DNA of 62,895 bases, counting the filler, from Choristocarpus tenellus KU-1152 (lineage: Eukaryota; Protista; Phaeophyceae), in NCBI GenBank assembly GCA_964200185.2. It is 8 parts of 8 records of this genome, joined end to end, with 100 filler letters (N's around TTAATTAATTAA, not from the genome) between each part and the next. Parts side by side here need not be neighbours in the genome. Positions count along the whole stretch, not along the records: positions 33,862 to 42,155 come from CAXNAD020004882.1; positions 42,256 to 48,693 come from CAXNAD020008144.1; positions 48,794 to 52,998 come from CAXNAD020015710.1; 5 more parts are not named here. One strand, written 5' to 3'. The notes beneath the pieces were generated by a model, which was not told the origin of the DNA, did not search any database, and saw only the letters and a program-made list of their open reading frames with translations. Positions within the stretch are counted from its first letter, which is position 1. Every line of letters begins with the position of its first letter. Position numbers and translations under genes: made by a program. Of this stretch, positions 37,301 through 49,652 are shown piece by piece.

Positions 37301-40300
37301 GACTGCATGGTGGATACACAACAAAGCATGATGCGCACAATCTTGACCTTCCAATGATCTTCCAACATGAAAGCAATAGTTGACCCTGTCCTTCTAGACC
37401 AAAACTCATCCAATGAAGCAATATTCTTGCTCCAGAAAAATTATCTGTAGTTTTGGGAGTGTACACATACCGAGCTCCTAACCCTAGCCATAGAGTATTC
37501 TACACACATATATATACCTGTGGTAGACTCCCCTACAAAGGGTGAAAAAGTGCATCCTTCCACCTCACGAGCCTCACGCTCCATCTTCCTAGCCCACAGT
37601 ATATTCAGGCAGAGATGTTATCCCACAATCACAAAGAGGTGCAGCAACCATTGCAGGAGAGGGGGAGGTGGGGAGAACGAGAATGGGTGGTAGTTCGATA
37701 GCGTGTGATGGAACCCACGTTCAAGTTTTTTTCAGTGATCAACAGACTACTCTGCTCAGAGTGGGAACTGCTTTTGGGACGCTCTCAACATTTTGATGTT
37801 GTCAAGAGTGCAGTGAAGGAGGTGAAATCCCGGTTGCTGTAGCTGCTATCTCCTCCAACCTTGATAACCAGGAGGATGTTAAAAACACAAACAGGAGCTG
37901 AAAATATGTTGTTGGCTGCTTTGCACTTCAAAGAAAGTATTCCCATTAAGAATGACTTGGACATGTTGGTGTTTTGAATTACCCACCTTAGCTCCCAGAC
38001 ACGCATATGCTCCTCCTTCCGCTTATGAAGTCTCTCTGAAAATTGTGATGTCTTCTGCTTCCTGTTGATGTTGGTGTAGCACAGTGCGGTGGAGAGGGGG
38101 TAGCCTTAGACTTCAGGAAGTGGGTATGCTGACTACTCGAGTTTTAGCTCGCAAGACTGCAACAAGCACCTATGTAGGACGCATCTCCTCCAAAATAGTG
38201 CATCAATATTTGTATTTACTTGGAAAGAATGAATAATAGGAAGCAGACACTAATGTTGTCACACAAGAAAGAAACATCTCCATCACATCATTTTTGCGCC
38301 TTCTCCCTCATGTCCATGGTTGTCTCCCACTCCCCCTACTTTCATCTCCTATTCATTTCCACTCTTAGGAGCAGAGACAGCAATGCTGAAGAACTTACCA
38401 AACTTGAAATGCCATGTACCAACATCACCATGTTGCCACTGTCGAAGCATGCAATAGAGTCACTGAGTGAAAGTATCTTAGAGGGTACGAGTTTTGCCCT
38501 GTTTGTCCATTTGGGGCTTTGCTTTCCACAGGTGTTTTATGAGATTTTTCTATTCCAATATGTTTCGGAGTAGGTAGAATTTATACGTTATGAAAAGGTG
38601 TGTACAGAACAAGGATATTGACACTCCCTAAAAAATACGATAGTCAAAATTACATCAAAATCGGAACATTGGATTTTGACCCCCAAATGGACACGTCTCT
38701 ACCCTCTAAGATACTTTGGCTCCACTGGGTACTAAGAAAAGGCCACACGACATCAAAACCTCAGGAAAAAAGGAAAAAAGTAAGAAAGATCGCATTAGGT
38801 GCTCTTACCTTGCAATCTGTGCTGACACCAGTGTTGGTTTGAATGTGCAATCTCGGTAAACCTCACTTGCGTCCTCAGACGCTTTCAGATGCCGACTCCT
38901 TTCCTGCTCTCAAGGCGAGGATCACCCAGTGAACACCACCAGTAGAGGGCAAAGGATGGAGAGGGGGTAGGCGAATTGTTCGCGGGTGAAAACCAGGGAA
39001 GTCATGCTGTACAGAGAGGTGATACAATTGTCCTTGCAAAATCAAGCACAGTTAGATGGTTTGGATCATAGTGGAACGAGAGAGGTTGCGAGTGTGCAAC
39101 AACATAGGAAGGTCCATGGAGCTGAGAACTACAATCTTCAAAAAAGGGAGAAATAACGTGCTGCTCAAGACTCCAGAACATAGTCCACAAGAATTCAAAC
39201 ACAAATGACCAAAGCCACAGTGTGGGCGGTTTCCTAATCCCCAAACTAAATACATCACTGACATTCTGATAGAGCCTTTCAAAGTGAGAAGTGCAACCTC
39301 GTTGACCCGCCTCTCCATATTGCCACGGCCGTTTTTTTTCCTGTGCCCCAGCAACGTCTGGATTGTATACACCTCTCTCCACCCCTTTCTCCTCTTCCTG
39401 GTCCTTCTTGCTGACCTCTGACCACGCCTCTCTTGCTCCTCGGCATCTACCCTTGCTCGGATAGTTTGTTGCCAGCTTGGGTTGGAAAGTGAGTGCCTTG
39501 TGTTGTTGCTCTTGCTGCAAGGATTTGGCACAGGGGGAGGAGAAACCCTGTTGCTTTGTGGCTCGTTTCCATTCAATTCGAGCATTATCTTTTTGTCAGG
39601 GAGGGAATCAACGGGGGACAAGGGGATTGTATTCTCCCAGGAGATTGGGGAAATGTGAATTTGTGGCTTGCCTGGAGTTCCATCACTGGAAATGTGTGCC
39701 AAGGTTTTCATCCTCGGGCATGAAAAATCTCTCAGAAGGACCTGTCTATTTCTCCACAACCCTATGCTCACTATTTATTCTTGTAAGGGCTCAAAATGTA
39801 ATCATAATATCATGACTAGAATACAATCGTATTCTGGGCAATCTTTGCCATGGAACAATCATCTCAGTCTAAGGCCGAGTAATGTCCTGAAGTTCCACCA
39901 CTCTCCACAGAATTTGATGGAGAGGTCAAAGAGTCCAGGCACAAAAAGAAGTGATCTTGATGTAGATATTGGAGCAAAGCAACTCTCCTCTACTTCTTGC
40001 ATGCTGCTTAATAGAATTTTCTTTTCACCATTATCCAATGCCTCTCAGCTCTTGCAAGACTCTCCTGATGGAGGTAGTTATGCACCCCCAAACTCCTGCC
40101 CCTCCCTCCTTCTGCATGCTTTTGTCCCAACCCTTGCTTCTGGGCCCGATTCTTCTTGGAGGGTTTTTTCGAGTGGAAGTAGCTCTTGTGATAAACGCCT
40201 AAAGCGGGTTAGGGTTAGGCATTGAGAGAAGATTTTGGACGATGTATTGAATTAGGTTGATCCAGTGAAATTTACGTGAACATTAGGAGACGTGAGGTTG

Positions 40301-40900
40301 AAGTGATTGCATCTAGATACAGAGGATCAAATGCAAAGCTTTGACCTCATGGGAAATACTATTAGCCTGCAAACAGGCAGCTGAGCTGGATCTCATCTCA
40401 ACGAATGATTGAAAGCAACTAAGAAAAGGGGATACATTGTGCATGAGAGTGCACTGTTCCAAGGTAATTTAATCTCTCCGTGTCCAGTGCTTTGTAAAGC
40501 AATCTGAAGTCTAAGAAGCCACCAAATTTCCTACTGTAGTGACGATTTTTAATATTGAATCGGTGTATGAGCAGACCCCCAATAGTTCAAATTACCCCTT
40601 TGCCCCCTCTAGCCTCGTACCTTTCTCGCTGCGTAAGTGGGCCACCAAGGGCTGCTGTAGGTCTTGGGTATGCGGTGCTTCTGCACGGGTGAAGCTCTTT
40701 TCCTTCCCACTCTCCACTGTTGATTTCTCCTGAGCAGCTCTAGTGCTTGTGGGGTCAGTTTTTTTTAGAGTACTCCCGCTATGGTAGCCATGGTTATTTG
40801 GAGAGAGAACCGGAACACCTCCCATGCTATTAATAACCTGGCCATCGTCATCTCCCGTATTTTTCACTCGCAAGGAAGGTGATGCCCTCATTCTGTGCCA
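34312..40900 (-). CDS. Uncharacterised multi-exon protein with repeated (F)xRL(Y)...CTFxP modules, partial
   Basis: Phase-compatible exons 39514-39263 (LTFQPKL..FERLY), ~38903-38809 (CTFKPTL), ~37588-37518 (CTFSPF), 36134-35996 (RRLY..CTFHPEI), 35685-35535 (VFQRL..CTFHPH), 34868-34312 (SRLY..CTFRPE). Upstream low-complexity exons near 40000-40900 are not resolved. Confidence 0.72.
38465..38722 (+). mobile_element. MITE family A, complete 258-bp copy, ~23-bp TIRs, 4-bp TSD (CACT)
   Basis: CACT|GAGTGAAAGTATCTTAGAGGGTA ... TACCCTCTAAGATACTTTGGCTC|CACT. Lies within an intron. Confidence 0.92.
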
Positions 40901-42255
40901 TGGGTATGGTTGGTTAGAAATGACTAGCGGAAAATAAGCTCTTTGTTCGAAAAAAATGCACTGATACTCAGGGTACTCGGGATAGGACAGAGTTGGAAGT
41001 ACAAGCATGGCCAATAACATCTATGTGGATCTGTTTCGGTCGAAAAAGTTCATGTTCTCCGGGTATCTTGCAGTGAATAGCTACATCGTTATTGCTTTCA
41101 GAACTCACTGAATATCCCTCCTGGACCTCTTCCCTCTCACTGCATCAATTCAGTTCTCTTCTGCTTGCCTGTTGACCTCGCTGACTTGCGAAATTCGCTT
41201 CCGAGATACCTCCCTTTCCTCGTCATCGTTCACGGTGTCGATGGAAGGTGCTAGACTGCCACTTAATCTTTCTTGCTCTCGACCAGGGGTAGGCAAAACG
41301 TATTCGTACACGGTGCTGAGTTGAGGAGAAGCAAGGTGCGAGAGGAGTGGTGGTTGAATTACTTCGCTTCAATATGATCAATCGATGTCAGGACATGGAC
41401 GACACATCGTAAAAACTTTCGATTGGCAAATATTTATCAGAGGTTCCGAATTTCAAGGATATTTTTCGGGAATTACACGCAGAAAATAGAGGTTTAGGCC
41501 TCACATCCTGGCGTTGTATAGAAGGAAGAAGATGGTTGATTCTAGCATGGAGACAAGGTTCCATCCTGGTTCTCGCACCTGTCCACCTCCCCATCACAGG
41601 GGGATCGCCTCTGGTGGACCGACGCAGGAAATTGACCTGGTGGGTTGGATCTTTTCCCAGCATGCACTACACTTTTGCACGAACGAGCTGCAACGAGAAG
41701 GCTCGTCAGGTCGACCCGCGGAGGGGAAATCGAGCCACCAGATGCTAACCTCATATATAAAATAATCTCTGACACTGGTTTTCTGGGATATGGTGGTTTC
41801 ATAAAATGTTTGAAAAAAATATCATTTATGTGAAAAAGGTGAGAAAACATACAGTGATAATAGAGAGACTGAAGAAGTGAAAGTTTATGAAGTAATCTGA
41901 GTTTTGTGGGCGGAAGAATTCTGATTGGTTGGGGGCATGGGGCAAGGAAGGGGACAAGAAAGAAAAGAAGAATCAACAAAGAATGTACGAAGAGTTAAGG
42001 AACAGTTGGGAGGTTAAAGAATTGAGTGACAGGCAGAGGCACGAGGAATGAAGGGATGGTCAGTATTGAATTGGAGAAGAAACCGGAGGGGGGGTAACAA
42101 GGAGAGGGGTGCTAGAACAAAGAGGACCCCCGAGCAAGCTTTCCCGCCCACCCGCNNNNNNNNNNNNNNNNNNNNNNNNNNNNNNNNNNNNNNNNNNNNT
42201 TAATTAATTAANNNNNNNNNNNNNNNNNNNNNNNNNNNNNNNNNNNNNNNNNNNN

Positions 42256-42295
42256 CAAATAGACAGCCGCCACCCCCTCCCAGATACTTTGAGCC
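42256..42295. mobile_element. MITE family B right end at contig start
   Basis: CCCCCTCCCAGATACTTTGAGCC. Confidence 0.8.
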
Positions 42296-42680
42296 ATCCA
42301 AAGAAACTAACAACCCCCCCCTTGCACATTTCCCTGGTGTCTTCAGGTTAAAACGCATTACACATTTAGATAGGGCTACTTGCGCTGTGACTGAGACTAT
42401 CTGACGTGGACGGGATTTGACCACCCCTTTTCTTCTGTAGCCTCCTGTCCCTCTCCCCCCTACCGCATGTGTAGCTAACTCATCCAGAAAACTTTCCACT
42501 TGCTTACCGAGGCGCCCAAAACTTTCCACCATGAAGTTGTTGAGGTTGTAACTAAGAGGGTCAAAAGATCCCTCGTAATGGGTGCGCCTTTCGCGCCTCA
42601 GCTGCAGCAGCAGCCACACCATTTCTGGTGGATGAGTGCGGGAGGTGAGAGATGCTGCCTGAACATATTGTGCCCTCCAA
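42296..42680 (-). mobile_element. CRE-like non-LTR retrotransposon fragment (RLE-like C-terminus)
   Basis: RRTHYEGSFDPLSYNLNNFMVESFGRLGKQVESFLDELATHAVGGRGTGGYRRKGVVKSRPRQIVSVTAQVALS, homologous to 10788-11243. Confidence 0.8.
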
Positions 42681-42889
42681 CATGTTGTAAATGTGTTAGG
42701 AAAAAAGGAAAAAAGCAGCATCACAAGGACTCCCATCAAAATAACACTTGTGGTTAATGCAAACAAAACCTCGCAAAAAAATGTTTACCCTTTGATTAAT
42801 ATCTATACAACAGCTCCCTTAAAAGTTGGTAACTGCAAAGTAATGTGTATACTGGTATTTTTCTAACCTAGCATATCCCTACAAAGTTG

Positions 42890-43660
42890 AGCGAGGAGCT
42901 TGGGAAGCATCCCAAGAATCTAACAGGTCCCCTTCTTGCTCATCTGTCATGACAGGAATGAAACAGAAATGTTTTGCAGCACATGGCATGGCTAAAGCAT
43001 ACATGAGGTACTGTGTAGTAGGTTCCTTTGTAACTACAAGCAGGGTTCAAACTACCCTTGAGAGGTATATCTGTCCACATTAAGGTGCCTCTGTTCAGTA
43101 TGATCCAAGATACGCCTTACAGCACAAAATTCAAAATATCGTTTGTACCAAGTCAAAATGCGCTGCTGTGTAATCGAGTGACTCATCTTATCTAGGGTTG
43201 CCTTAAAAGCGGTAACTGAATGTATGCAGTAATTATGAACATTTCCAGCTGGGGTTTTTAAGTAGGAGCATTGAAAAAAAGTCTGGGACATATTCTGTCA
43301 GTAGTTGCTCAAACAGTAATATCCAGACGTGCAATGCGTTTTAAACTGAAGGAACCAGTTCGATGGGCGAGGAGGGGCTTTTCTGTTTAATGAGATTATT
43401 ACGTTCTCATTTTACCTCTCGGACGACCTCATAGTATCAGTTTATGGGCATTTTCAACTGTTGTAATTCAAAGTATGTAGTAGTGGTAGTGCCTCTTGTA
43501 AGCTTTCTTGCTTCTTGTTTTAAAATACACTACAAGTGTTGTTTTGGTGTATATGATAGACATTAACTATGTACTGTATATATTATTATGCCCTCTGACG
43601 TTTTGTAGATGTCGGGGAAATGCCAAACCATTATCACAAGGACCCCTATAAAAGTAACAT
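42890..43660. mobile_element. Further short CRE-like fragments (42890-42950 minus, 43324-43390 plus, 43580-43660 minus tail)
   Basis: GGAAGCATCCCAAGAATCT; AGACGTGCAATGCGTTTTAAACTG; TATTATTATGCCCTCTGACGTTTTGTAGATG. Confidence 0.65.
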
Positions 43661-45169
43661 TTACTATTGTGCTATTGGAGTATGATCGATGCATTCTCTA
43701 TCCCAGTGTTTATCTTTTACAGACTCTAATATTGATCTTGTGTTCGCCGTTTCTTTACTTTATGCTTCGTCTTTCTGCTCCAATATGACAATATTTGCAA
43801 ATTGCCAGTGGGCATAACAATACGTATCTCTTAGTATTAAACTGCTACTGTATCATGCAGTATATGAAAGCAGAAGCGCCAACCTCAGGTTACAGAAGCA
43901 TTTTAAGAATATCAGAACACACTTGAACGCACCCAACAACACAGAATAAAAATCACTCAAAACTCTCTGAATACCCCACAACGGCGATTGAGAGATGAGT
44001 GAATCCAGATGAGTTTTCCAACGCTTGACTGGTAAGACTCTTGTCTCGCAGCATAAGACCGGTGTACACTAACCAGATCATCTCTAAGAAGGACAACAGT
44101 TAGTAGTGTGGAAACACAAGGAGACTCATTATTCAATCGATTTATTTTTATTCCGAGACAATAGCTTAATACTACATAGTATACGATTTCAGTGGGGGTG
44201 CTCTTTTTAGGCATGCTTGTGCCAAGCCAAAAACCCGTGTCTTTAACAGATACTGAATGAAATGCCTTTTGGAGAAAAGTTCACGTTAAATGTCATCGCC
44301 ATTTTGGGCCTGGCATGCGTTCAGGATACGATATTAGTGACTAGGAACAGCAAGCTGGCTCGGACGCTAATGATGTAGGTATTTCAAAGCACTGTCATAT
44401 TGGCTAGTGTTGCAGATTGTCACACTTGCTAAGAAATATTAAGAACATGTTATTAGAGGTTTTATTAGCTGCATTAATGGTGTGTACACTCGTTAGAAAA
44501 TATTACTTGAAATATAGAGGGATGAAGTCGCATTGTAGGTATAGGTTTCGAATACGTCGTGGTAATTTGTGTTTGCCTGTCAGAATTAATATCAACTACT
44601 ATATGGAAGGCATCTTCGTTTTGACGTGCTGGGGCTGTACTTGATGGATGCATTGACATGTCCAACAGGGCCTACTCTTCTCAAGGATCCAATGGTAACC
44701 AGCCCCCACTCTGATTCTGATCATTCTAGCTTTTGAACATATCATCACTATTGGTAGTGTAATTTACATGCAAAGATACGCATCGTCACTGTTGTTCTGA
44801 TAATAAGGTTATGAAGAGTGTTAAGATGAAAACAAAACTAGAGGTGGTTGAGCCACATCCCATATAGAATTGGGTACGTCATCTCTGAAGGAGGGACGAT
44901 CGCGGACACCAACAGAAAAATGGTCAATAGAGTAGGGCGGAGGGGTTGAAGTTTAATAGGTGAAGGTTGAAGGATTCTTGTTTTGAATTTATATACTATA
45001 TGGTTGTCGAGTTCTACATAGACAAGGGAATATACTTCCATGTAGTACTATGCATTGTGAAGGAAGTCCTGCGGCAGTTGTAATGTAGGGAAAAAATAAG
45101 AAAAACATAAGAGTAAAGAAGAACAACTGTAGTTGACTCTGGTCCTAGACTGTCAATATGGAGGTGGAC

Positions 45170-45340
45170 AAGAAGCAAGAGAAGTATCCCAGGAGTCAGT
45201 TAAGCCCTTCCTAGCCCACCAACGCAGTATCTCTAGATTAAAAGACATGACATGTCTGGAGATTAATACCTGAACCAGTCACTGAGATGATCAGTTGACG
45301 CAGGCATGCCCTCACTTCTCCCTTCTGACTAGTGCCCTCT
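45170..45340 (-). mobile_element. Diverged CRE-like fragment
   Basis: GAAGTATCCCAGGAGTC ... AAGACATGACATGTCT ... CACTGAGATGATC align loosely with the reverse complement of 11110-11225. Confidence 0.45.
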
Positions 45341-46391
45341 GCCCCCCTACTACCCAAAACATGAATCGCTAGCACTCATAAAAAAATGCTGTGTGTGTGT
45401 GCCTACATGTCTGAAATTTTCCACCGCAATGTCGTGAGGTTAAAATTGTGAGGGTAATAAAATCCATCGAGGTGGTTGTGCTTTTGGGTCTTGCCTGCAG
45501 CACCAGTCATGCCAATAGTTTGCTGGTCATTATTGAAAGTGGCAGTCCGCTTGAACCTTTGGAAACGCCACGTCCAGAAATAAGCCCCTTTCTCGGTAAG
45601 GGGCAGTGGTTGCCTTTCAGAATGTGCCACATGGAGAACTGCGGCCATATAGAAATTGCGTCGTGAAGGAGCTTCCATCGTCAAGGGTGCAGTGGACATT
45701 CATCTACCTGTTGACGCTGCCCAGTTGACTGACCATAGGTGAGTGGTGCTGTACTTGCCCTCCAGCCCTGGGGCATACACATGCATAACCATTGCTACGT
45801 AGTACTATACATTATTAGTCGGTAGACGCATGAGATGCAATAATTGCAAACTCGACCATTTCAACCTTTATTTTAACACGACGAACTTTTTTCTGAACGT
45901 TAACACTCGTTTCGGTCATTTTAAATGTTGTAACGACCAAGAATGATAGGATACATTTCGAAGGATGATGCATGTTGCAGGTAATCCACTGTTGACCTGA
46001 CTGATTGAACACACCAAAGTGAAGAGCACGGGCTTCACATGGGGTGCACTCAAGCGAAACAATCTGATGTGGGTACTCCTGCACTCAAAGCAAAACATAG
46101 GTGAAGAGGGATGAAATACCTTCCTCTAATGTCTTCGTGCTTGGACACACAGCATGTTATGGATGTATATATTGATGTATGGACGTATGGATGTATGGAT
46201 CCACCTGACGGCTCCAGGTAGTGATTATTGGTGCACTGGTCAGACAAACCCACTTCCTATGTTCCAACTTTCTGCGTGTAACCCTTCCCATCGTTGCTTG
46301 TAACTTCTGCCCTACCAACTCCTATAGCGATCCTTGCGATATCTCCCTTCCGAAAAAGGAGACTGAGCGACGTTTTAGTATCCATGACCAG

Positions 46392-47954
46392 GGGGTGGTG
46401 GTGCTAGTGAGGATCCGGCCAATGAGTGTCAAAGAGCGAAGAGAAAATACCAACGGATTCATTGCGGTGCAAAGCCCGACACAGGTATGGCACAGGGATA
46501 TTTGTAGTACTACCTGAAACAGAACACTTGGTCCCTGAAGGTGTGTGACTTTAATCTGGGTCTTTTCTGAACCTTCCAGTGGTTACAGAGCATGTGCCCA
46601 GATTTGAATGACACTGGCCTCCTCTCATAGGCTTGCTATTAAGTCGGCGTCCTCTTGTAACTGATAGATGAGCTGGCTCTTTGACGCACATGCCATTGCT
46701 AACATTTTCGCGCTCTCCTTTCTCATTCTGACATCGACAAACAACGCCACCGTCACCTACATCAGATCCACTTCCCGGCTAGCAAGATCACGCCCACGGA
46801 AAGGACAATGTCCTTCGATGCAGTGCTTCCGGAAGGGAGCTCACAGCAGGAAGTGAGAAGCGTTCGTTCTACCTCCATGAGTAAATTCGAAGTATGGTGC
46901 ATGTGCACAAAACTGCATTTGCTCTAGACCTCTAAACGTAGAGTTACTTTTTCCACGTCAACAATTGTACTCCAATAAAGGTGTATGACACTGCCGGTCC
47001 GACTCTGATTCACAAGGCCCTTGAGGGCTACAATGCCACCATGTTTGCGTATGGACAGACTGGCTCTGGCAAGACTCACACAATGGAGGGAAGTCCCCAA
47101 GTGAGGTTCACCATTTTCTCCTCCTCTCTGTGAGCGAGGGTCAGTACCAAGTCGTCGAGCACTACCTTTAGTACGCAAGCCAACAACAATGTAGCAGGGT
47201 TTGACATTCTGTGAACTTACCCATTGGTGTATTTGGAGCTAAATAATTCTAGAGATTCTCTAGGACTGGTTTGAGGATAAAGGAAGGGCAGGCTTCCTAC
47301 TACGGAACTTAACTTTTTACCACCCAACCACCCCAACCCATGCCTTTTCTGTTGAAGGATCCTGGGGTCATCCCCAGGTTATGCATGGACCTGTTCAACG
47401 CCATTCATAACAGTGCTACCACTGTAGTGACTAGTGTGGTGGCCAGCTATGTGGAGATCTATCAGGAGAATATACGTGACTTGCTTGGCCCCACTCCATC
47501 CCCAGGGTTGGCAGCGAAGAGGAGGGGCAGTGTACCTACAAAGGTGGCAGGGGAAGAGGGGAGGCAGAAGCCAACAATTCGCGAGTCAAAGGCAAGGGGA
47601 GTCCTTGAAGTTTATACTGCTGCACGTAGTAGATTCCTTCACCACTTCTGCTTGAGAGAATTGGAGCTTCACGCAATAGTAAGAATGACCCCTCATGCTT
47701 GAAAAGTAAGTGCAATGGATCAGAGGTCTTCCATTAGTCGGGATGTCTAGCTAACTTAGCTCTTTCCCTTCCAACCCACCTGGTCTTTGGGGTCTAACTC
47801 ACCTCACATTTTGCTCAACTGACTTCACGTTTTGACTGCTGCAAAGGGTGAAGTGCGGTTGGAGAGTGTAATGGAGGAAATAGTTGTGGACAAGGAGGAG
47901 GTGCAGTCTCTTCTGTCCAGAGGGTCGAAGATGAGAACATGTGGGGAGACACAG
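46392..47954 (+). CDS. Kinesin motor domain protein, partial (exons 46392-46484, 46766-46852, 46981-47100, 47358-47591, 47847-47954)
   Basis: [34 protein letters not shown] (P-loop), [35 protein letters not shown]. Confidence 0.93.
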
Positions 47955-48671
47955 GTGGGAACAACAGGGAATGGCAATGTCAATCCACAGGTTTGGTGTG
48001 CTGGCTGCAGACATATGAAAAAAGATGCATTGGTATGGAGCCAAGGAAAATGTAGCTAGGGTATGATTTCGCTGCATTGTGGTGAGCGTTGGTTTTTGGG
48101 ATGCGGAAAAACTATAAGATGGTTGCTAAAATAATCATTGGTGCTATCCAGGGAAATTTATTCACTCACTGGGTTTCATATCGATCTCTCCTCTCATACA
48201 TGCAGTGTGACTTTTGGTGATGTCTTGCTGTTCAGTCTCTCTTGATCGCTCAGTCATCAAGATATATATGACATTTTAGTGGACACATCATTTGGCTGAT
48301 GGATAGATTGTTGTAACTTGATCCGGGGAAGGCTTTACTCTGCCTTGGTCATCTGGAGATGAGACCATGTCAGGTGGATGATCATTCTGAATTTTAGTGG
48401 GGAAAGAGCGAGTTTTTTCAAACATTTCCGGATGCGGAGTGCACCAGGTTGAAGAGCACAATGGGGCAAAGGACTTCATCGACTCAGGCGCGTGTATCAG
48501 CTATCCCCCGTCACGTACTCCCATTCTTAGTTGTCAGAGAAAGAGTTATAAGACAAAATATTGCAAGGGGCTGTGATTAATGAAGAATGCAGGAACTGAT
48601 ACATGCTTTCTCAACAGAAGGTGGACCAGAGAAAGAAACACTGGGAACATACAGAAGAGACCTCTTGATGA

Positions 48672-48815
48672 GGGTCAAAGTATCTGGGCGGGGNNNNNNN
48701 NNNNNNNNNNNNNNNNNNNNNNNNNNNNNNNNNNNNNTTAATTAATTAANNNNNNNNNNNNNNNNNNNNNNNNNNNNNNNNNNNNNNNNNNNNCCCCCCC
48801 CAGATACTTTGACCC
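48672..48815. mobile_element. MITE family B ends on both sides of a spacer (left TIR 48672-48693; right TIR 48794-48815)
   Basis: GGGTCAAAGTATCTGGGCGGGG before the spacer and C8-AGATACTTTGACCC after it. Flanks ATGA and TCTT differ. Confidence 0.8.
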
Positions 48816-48947
48816 TCTTTAATGAGTAGATTTCAGCCTATTTAAATGATTTTAAGACCCTTTCCAACCTTGTGCCTGACCCCCTGTTTCTATGCTGAAA
48901 ACACATGTATGTTCTGTTTTTGTTTGGTTGCTGTGACTGTTGCAGAT

Positions 48948-49206
48948 GAGTGAAAGTATCGTAGAGGGTACGAGTTTTGCCCTGTTTGCCCATTTGGGGC
49001 TTAGCTTCCCATGGGTTTTTTAACGACATTTTCCTACTCCAAAATATTTTAGAGTAGGTAAAAGGTATACATTAAGAAAAGGTGTGTCCAGAACATGGAT
49101 ATTGACACTTCCTAACAAACACGATGGCCAAAATTACATTAAAATCGCAACATTGGATTTTGGCCCCCAAATGGATGCGGCTCTACCCTCTAAGATATTT
49201 CGGCTC
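48948..49206 (+). mobile_element. MITE family A, complete 259-bp copy, 4-bp TSD (AGAT)
   Basis: AGAT|GAGTGAAAGTATCGTAGAGGGTA ... TACCCTCTAAGATATTTCGGCTC|AGAT. Body collinear with 38465-38722. Confidence 0.92.
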
Positions 49207-49652
49207 AGATGAGACCCTCTGGATAGAGTTGTTATAATTTGTTTGAGAGTGGAGGAGTGCTCAAATGATTGATTAGAGGAAAACAACTCACAGATCCCTT
49301 TGATTCAACCTTACCCACCCCCCTGTAGGATACTTTGACTTGTACCTCCAATCCATTTATTGCTCTGTAGCAAACATTGCTACTGGTATTGTCCACAATT
49401 GGAGTCCCTGGATTGCACACTAACGATTGACCTGAAATAATTTATCATGTTGCCCACGTCGGTCCATGCAACTGCAGTGCACTAATATTACATTTTATTG
49501 GAATGCAACGATTCCTTGTACTCCAGAGTACCATGGAAATCGTTTTTTCCCAACTTCTGAGCTCCCACCTAGTACACACTACAGTATTACTGTTGACTTA
49601 CACCTGATAGTTTTCTAAGACTTTCCCTTCCCCTTTTCTATCACCCTGCAAG

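Noticed and set aside
38465-38722. MITEs acting as introner elements
   Set aside because: Copies lie inside larger introns or intergenic DNA, and their ends do not coincide with splice sites.
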